Shown: positions 49,260 through 53,726 of the stretch, one piece after another
Numbering within the stretch: the stretch's first letter is position 1
How the letters are laid out: every line of letters starts with the position of its first letter
Assembly (NCBI GenBank): GCA_044220955.1
Contig: JBGAQA010000017.1
Coordinates: 1 to 53,726, forward strand
DNA from: Sandaracinaceae bacterium
Lineage (GTDB): Bacteria; Myxococcota_A; Polyangia; Polyangiales; Sandaracinaceae
Direction: 5' to 3'
Length of the DNA: 53,726 nt
Made by a program: the position numbers and the translations under genes
The notes under the pieces: model-generated
What the model saw: the letters and a program-made list of their open reading frames with translations, nothing else
What the model was told of the DNA's origin: nothing
Database searches by the model: none

Positions 49260-49287
49260 TTGACGCCGATCGAAACCACGCTACTAG
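49260..49287 (+). promoter_or_regulatory. Putative sigma-70-type promoter for the leader ORF/MATE unit
   Basis: TTGACG-16 nt-TACTAG; overlaps a CGTACTTGA direct repeat. Confidence 0.4.
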
Positions 49288-49311
49288 AGAGGGGAGAGAG
49301 GAGGACTGCCT

Positions 49312-49416
49312 ATGAAGACGCAGAACATGGTCGTCGATGCCATCGCCCCGATGAGCACGAACAACCCCACGCGTCCGCCGCAGCTCCTCTGGCTCGATTC
49401 GAAGCGTCGACACTGA
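49312..49416 (+). CDS. Candidate 34-aa leader peptide upstream of the MATE transporter
   Basis: Strong purine-rich SD (GAGGAGG) before ATG 49312; MKTQNMVVDAIAPMSTNNPTRPPQLLWLDSKRRH*; third positions mostly G/C. Confidence 0.5.
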   Translation: MKTQNMVVDAIAPMSTNNPTRPPQLLWLDSKRRH

Positions 49417-49581
49417 CGCTCCCGAGGATCGACCGACGAAGCAGCTGCGGCGGCAAGGCTCCGCGCTCGCCCGCATCCCTGGCCCCTCGTGAAACCGAGG
49501 CGCGGCCGGAAGACGCGCCCGCTCTCTCACGTTCGCCCCAAGACTCCCCTGGCGCCGTGCCCGCTGCACGGCGAGGCTCCC

Positions 49582-50991
49582 ATGACTTCCTCGCATCGTT
49601 CTCTGGCTTGGTCGGAACGACCGCTCCGCGAGCTCTTGCGGCTCGGCTGGCCGATCACGGTCTCGCTCCTCTCGTTCGGCGTGATGACGCTCGTGGACAC
49701 GCTCTTCGTGTCGACGATCGGCACCTCCGCGCTCGCCGGCGTGGGCCTCGCAGGCACCGCCACGTTCGTCCTCTACTGCTTCTCGTTCGGCCTGCTGCGC
49801 GGCACGAAGGTGCTCGTCTCGCAGGCGATCGGCGCGGGGCGACGCGAGGAGCTCGGCGCGCACCTCGGCGCGGCGCTCGCGACCGCGCTCGTGCTCGGCG
49901 TCGCGACCGCGATCGTCGGTCACTTCGTCGCGCACGTCTTGCCCTTCCTCGGGGCCAGCGAGCAGGCTGGACGTGACGCCGAGACCTACCTCGACATCCG
50001 CACGCTCGGCGCGCCGATCGTCCTCTCGTTCGTCGCGCTGCGCGAGTACCGCTACGGCGAGAGCGACACTCGCTCACCGATGGTCGCGGGGGTCCTCGGC
50101 AACCTCGCGAACATCGCGCTCAACGCCTGGCTCGTGCTCGTGCTGCACTGGGGCGTGCGCGGGAGCGCCATCGCGACCCTGCTCGGCCACTCGGTCGAGC
50201 TCTGCGTGGTGGCGCTGGCGCAGTCGCGCCACGGCTTCCCGATCGGCCGCGCGCGCGTGCGGCACGTGACGGCGCTCTTCCAGATCGGCGCGCCCACGGG
50301 CGTGCAGTTCCTGCTGGAGATGGGGAGCTTCGCGCTGCTCACCGCGATCGTCTCCTCGATGGGCGAGACGCAGATGGCGGCGCACCAGATCGCGCTGCAG
50401 GTGATCCACTTCTCGTTCCTGCCCACCGTCGCCATCGCAGAGGCGGCGTCGGTGCTGGCAGGGCAGGCGGTGGGCGCGGACCGCGACGAGCTGGTGATGC
50501 GCGTGGCCAAGTCCGGCCTGCTCGCGGTCACCGTGTACACGGGCCTCTGGACGCTGCTCCTCGCCTTCGCGGGGCCCTTGCTGGTGAGCGGCTTCACCGC
50601 CTTCGCGGAGGTAGGGGAGCCCGAGGTCGCGAGCGCGGCGCTCATGCTCCTCTACGTCGCGGCGTCGTTCCAGCTCGCGGACGGCGCGGCGACGATCGCG
50701 CGCGGGGTGCTCCGTGGCGCCGGCGACGTCCGCGTCCCGGCGCGCCTCGGCGTGCTCTGCGCCTGGCTCACGACCCCTCCCTCGGCCTACCTGCTGGGCC
50801 GGGTGATGGGCCTGGGCGCGCTCGGCGGCTGGATCGGCCTCTCGGTCGAGATCATCGTGCTGGCGGCGCTCTGCTGGCGGCGTCTCGCGCGCGGCGACTG
50901 GCGGCCGCTCGCCGAGAAAGCGCGCACGGAGCTCGAGATGGCCCACGGCGACGGGCTCGAGGGCGTCGCCGCGGACGCCTCGGCCGGGTGA
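49582..50991 (+). CDS. MATE family efflux transporter
   Basis: LLRLGWPI, MTLVDTLFV, VSQAIGA, MAAHQI and QLADG...GVLRGAGD; about 12 TM. Confidence 0.92.
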   Translation: MTSSHRSLAWSERPLRELLRLGWPITVSLLSFGVMTLVDTLFVSTIGTSALAGVGLAGTATFVLYCFSFGLLRGTKVLVSQAIGAGRREELGAHLGAALATALVLGVATAIVGHFVAHVLPFLGASEQAGRDAETYLDIRTLGAPIVLSFVALREYRYGESDTRSPMVAGVLGNLANIALNAWLVLVLHWGVRGSAIATLLGHSVELCVVALAQSRHGFPIGRARVRHVTALFQIGAPTGVQFLLEMGSFALLTAIVSSMGETQMAAHQIALQVIHFSFLPTVAIAEAASVLAGQAVGADRDELVMRVAKSGLLAVTVYTGLWTLLLAFAGPLLVSGFTAFAEVGEPEVASAALMLLYVAASFQLADGAATIARGVLRGAGDVRVPARLGVLCAWLTTPPSAYLLGRVMGLGALGGWIGLSVEIIVLAALCWRRLARGDWRPLAEKARTELEMAHGDGLEGVAADASAG

Positions 50992-51064
50992 GGAGGAGCG
51001 CTCCGGGCGGCGGCGCGGTGCGGGACACTGCGTCGTCGCCCGGGGGCGTGGTATCGTCCCTGCG

Positions 51065-52324
51065 ATGGGGAGGCCCCTCCTTGCTCTTGCTTGGCTGACG
51101 CTCGTCGGCTCGCTCGCGGGCTGCGTCGTCTACGACCCGGCGCTCGTGCGGCGGAGCGACGTCGGCAGCGACACGAACAACGGAACGTGCACGCCGCGTC
51201 ACGCGCCGGCTCGCCCTGCGGGCGACGACACGTCGATGCCGGGGGACGTCTCGTTCGGTCTGCGTGACGTGGTGCTGAACCAGACCGCCGGCGTCGCCCG
51301 CATGACGGGCTACGACCTCGACGATCGCTGCACCGACGACACGAACCGACTGACCGAGTGCAACCCCGGCATGGGCGCGCGCGCCCCGGCGACCGACGGC
51401 ATCGATGGGATCGACAACCAGTTCGGTGCCGCGCTCTATCCGCTGGTCGAGGCAGCCGTCCCCGGCCTCGAGATGCGGGCGCGCGCCGCGCAGATGGCCG
51501 GCAACGGCCTGCCGATCCTGCGCATGCGTGGGTGGAACGGCACGATGAACGATCCGGTGGTGGACATCACCATCACCGCGGCGGTGTTCAGCACGGCCGG
51601 GACGGGAATGACCACTCCGCCTGCGGTCACCATCACGGACGCGACGCACTACACGCTCGCGGACGGCAGCCCGGTGCCAGCGCCCGCCTGGGACGGGCAG
51701 GACTGGGCCTGGGCGCGGGACGACTCGTTCCTCGGCGGCAACCCGGACACGCCCTTCGTGCGCGATCAGCAGGCCTACGTCGTGGACGGGCTGATCGTCG
51801 CGCGCTTGCCGGCGCGGGTCGACATCGTCTTTCCGACCGACACCGTCGGGGTGCTCGTGCGGCTCACCGACGCGATCGCGACGGGGCGCATCTCGGCCGA
51901 CGGCAACATGCTCTCCGACGTCGTCGTCGCCGGCCGGTGGTCCATCACCGACCTGCTGTCGACCGCCGAGAACATCGGCCTCTGCCGTGGCACGGGCGAG
52001 TACAACGTGCTGCAGACGACGCTGTTCCGCACCGCCGACGTGCGCTCGACCCCGACGATGCCTGGCGACCCGGTGATCGACTGCGACGCGCTGAGCATCG
52101 GCGTCTCGTTCACCGGCTACCGGATGCGCATCGCCGGCATCACCGCCGGTCTGGAGATCACGGACCAGTGCCTGAGCGAAGCCGGCGTTCCCGACGCGTC
52201 GACGGCGATGGACGCTGGGATGGACGCCGGCAGCGACGCCGGCAGCGACGGCGGTCACGACGCGGGGCACGACGCCGGCACCGACGCCTTCGTCGCGCCC
52301 GACACGAACGTCGACGGCGGCTGA
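51065..52324 (+). CDS. Hypothetical lipoprotein with C-terminal DAG repeats
   Basis: Lipobox LAGC; GYDLDD and DGIDGIDN (possible Ca-binding); tail of (DAGx)n. Confidence 0.75.
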   Translation: MGRPLLALAWLTLVGSLAGCVVYDPALVRRSDVGSDTNNGTCTPRHAPARPAGDDTSMPGDVSFGLRDVVLNQTAGVARMTGYDLDDRCTDDTNRLTECNPGMGARAPATDGIDGIDNQFGAALYPLVEAAVPGLEMRARAAQMAGNGLPILRMRGWNGTMNDPVVDITITAAVFSTAGTGMTTPPAVTITDATHYTLADGSPVPAPAWDGQDWAWARDDSFLGGNPDTPFVRDQQAYVVDGLIVARLPARVDIVFPTDTVGVLVRLTDAIATGRISADGNMLSDVVVAGRWSITDLLSTAENIGLCRGTGEYNVLQTTLFRTADVRSTPTMPGDPVIDCDALSIGVSFTGYRMRIAGITAGLEITDQCLSEAGVPDASTAMDAGMDAGSDAGSDGGHDAGHDAGTDAFVAPDTNVDGG

Positions 52325-52454
52325 CCCCAACCCGAGCGCTCGCCAGGGAGGCCCCGGACGGGAGCGCGTGTGGCCCGCGGGGGCCTGCGTCAGTCTCGTC
52401 CGTCGTTTCCGTCGCCTGCGTCAGGAGGCGGCGATGCCGTACAATCGACATGCG

Positions 52455-53342
52455 ATGGCGAAGAAGCGCGGAGAGGCGCGGAACCAAGAGGTCTTTCCGG
52501 TGGATGAGCGGCTCGTCATGCCCGAGTCGGGCGTCGAGCTGCTCGAGGGGAAGCTCCTGATCGTGCCGGGGGCCGACACGCCGCACGCGCGGCAGCACGC
52601 ACAGCTCGCGTTCCTGCTATGGGCGCACGCCGCGCCGGGCTTCCAGGCCGTCGTGGACATGCTCACGCGCACGAGCGCCGTGAGCGACTTCGCGCCGGAC
52701 GCGAGCATCTTCCCCGAAGGGCCCGACGTGGTCACCGGCGGCCGGCGCCTCGAGGTGCTCGCGTTCGAGATCGTCTCGAAGCAGCGGCTGGGGATCCCGA
52801 CGAAGAAGGCGCGCGAGCTCTCGCGCCGCGGCGTCGCTCGGGTCTTCGCCGTCGTCGTCGCGCGAGAGCGCGTGCTCGAGTGGGACGCGCGAGGCGATCG
52901 GTTCCGGCCGATGCACCCGGACGAGGAGATCGAGCACGCGTGCCTCGTGGCGCCGCTCCCGGTGCGCGCGCTTCTCGATGCCGCGCGCGCCGATCGAGCG
53001 GTGATGGCGGCGCTCGCGGCTCGGAACCCGGAGATGGTCGAGGAGCACGATCGCGAGGTCGCGGCGAAGGCCGCGGCCGACGCCGAGGCCCGGGCCGCGA
53101 ACGTGGCGGCAGAGGCCGAGGCGCGCGCGGCGAAGGCTGCGGTCGAGGCGGAAGCTCGAGGCGAGGCGCGGGGCGAGGCGCGGGGCGAGGCGCGGGCGCT
53201 CGCGCGGGCCGTCCTCGTTGCCGCCGCTGCGGCCGGGGTCGAGCCGCCGCCGGGCGCCGCCGCCGCGCTCGCGGAGGCCACGCCGGACACGCTCCGGGCG
53301 CTGCTCACGACGGTCGTGCGCGATCGCCGCTGGCCGCGCTGA
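52455..53342 (+). CDS. Uma2 (DUF820) family endonuclease-fold protein with Rpn-like EARG-repeat tail
   Basis: ELLEG, APD, FEIVS and KARE; tail EARGEARGEARGEAR. Confidence 0.75.
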   Translation: MAKKRGEARNQEVFPVDERLVMPESGVELLEGKLLIVPGADTPHARQHAQLAFLLWAHAAPGFQAVVDMLTRTSAVSDFAPDASIFPEGPDVVTGGRRLEVLAFEIVSKQRLGIPTKKARELSRRGVARVFAVVVARERVLEWDARGDRFRPMHPDEEIEHACLVAPLPVRALLDAARADRAVMAALAARNPEMVEEHDREVAAKAAADAEARAANVAAEAEARAAKAAVEAEARGEARGEARGEARALARAVLVAAAAAGVEPPPGAAAALAEATPDTLRALLTTVVRDRRWPR

Positions 53343-53726
53343 TCACGGCGGCGAGCCGCAGTACCCGGCGGGGCCGCACGTGACGCCAAGTGGGCATTGC
53401 AGTGCCGCGCTGCACTCGTAGGTGCAATGACGGCCCACGGTGCCCGAGACGACCTCGCAGAGTGCGTCATCGAGCGATGGATCGCCGCAGTCGGTCGTGG
53501 ACCCGCACGGGTCGAATGCGACCAGATCCCAGATCGCTTCGCAGGTCGTAACGTCTTCCCATATGCCGCAGAACACGACGGGGGGGGCACCAGAAGTGCT
53601 CGCGCGACGTGGTGTCGGAGACCCGTAGGGCTCCATGCACCCTGCGCTCCCCTGCCTCAGGCAGTAGCTCCCGTGGCTCGCGCCCATGAACTGCATGGGC
53701 ACGCAGCGCTCCATGGCGCTGGCGCA
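53343..53726 (-). CDS. C-terminal part of a Cys-rich (probably exported) protein; starts beyond the window
   Basis: Open frame to the right edge; many Cys (FCG...TTCEA...DCG...CTYEC...QCP). Confidence 0.7.
   Translation of the reverse strand, partial: CASAMERCVPMQFMGASHGSYCLRQGSAGCMEPYGSPTPRRASTSGAPPVVFCGIWEDVTTCEAIWDLVAFDPCGSTTDCGDPSLDDALCEVVSGTVGRHCTYECSAALQCPLGVTCGPAGYCGSPP

Noticed and set aside
52349..52386. Stem-loop upstream of the Uma2 gene as a mobile-element end
   Set aside because: A short GC stem only, with no matching end or transposase; more likely a terminator-like hairpin or chance.

Overview
A very GC-rich (roughly 70-75% by eye), gene-dense chromosomal segment that looks like a Myxococcota genome, probably Polyangiales/Sandaracinaceae-like. 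The basis is the many Cys-rich and 'DAG'-linker lipoproteins, AgmX/GltJ-like C-terminal domains and sigma-54-type signals. About 46 genes are supportable. Housekeeping genes include smc, glpK, mtnA, rimI, mobA, mepA, a cN-II-type 5'-nucleotidase, a kynureninase-like enzyme, DedA, CNNM/hemolysin, CDF, CPA2, MATE and AmpG-like transporters. They are interspersed with many exported or lipid-anchored proteins. I found no rRNA, tRNA, CRISPR array, transposase or prophage. The best candidate for an undescribed system is an operon of three translationally coupled paralogous lipoproteins (17931-21759). Their VWA domains follow the integrin beta I-like domain motif by motif, appear to be inserted in an Ig/hybrid-like domain, and share a post-lipobox CGAKTGL motif and a terminal Cys. 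Other leads are: a candidate 34-aa leader peptide ahead of the MATE pump; a VOC-TM-SGNH fusion; a lipoprotein adenosine deaminase plus phosphoesterase pair opposite glpK; and an in-frame lipoprotein/sigma-54-activator junction at the left edge, which is probably a chimera. All calls come from motif recognition by eye; no database searches were run.
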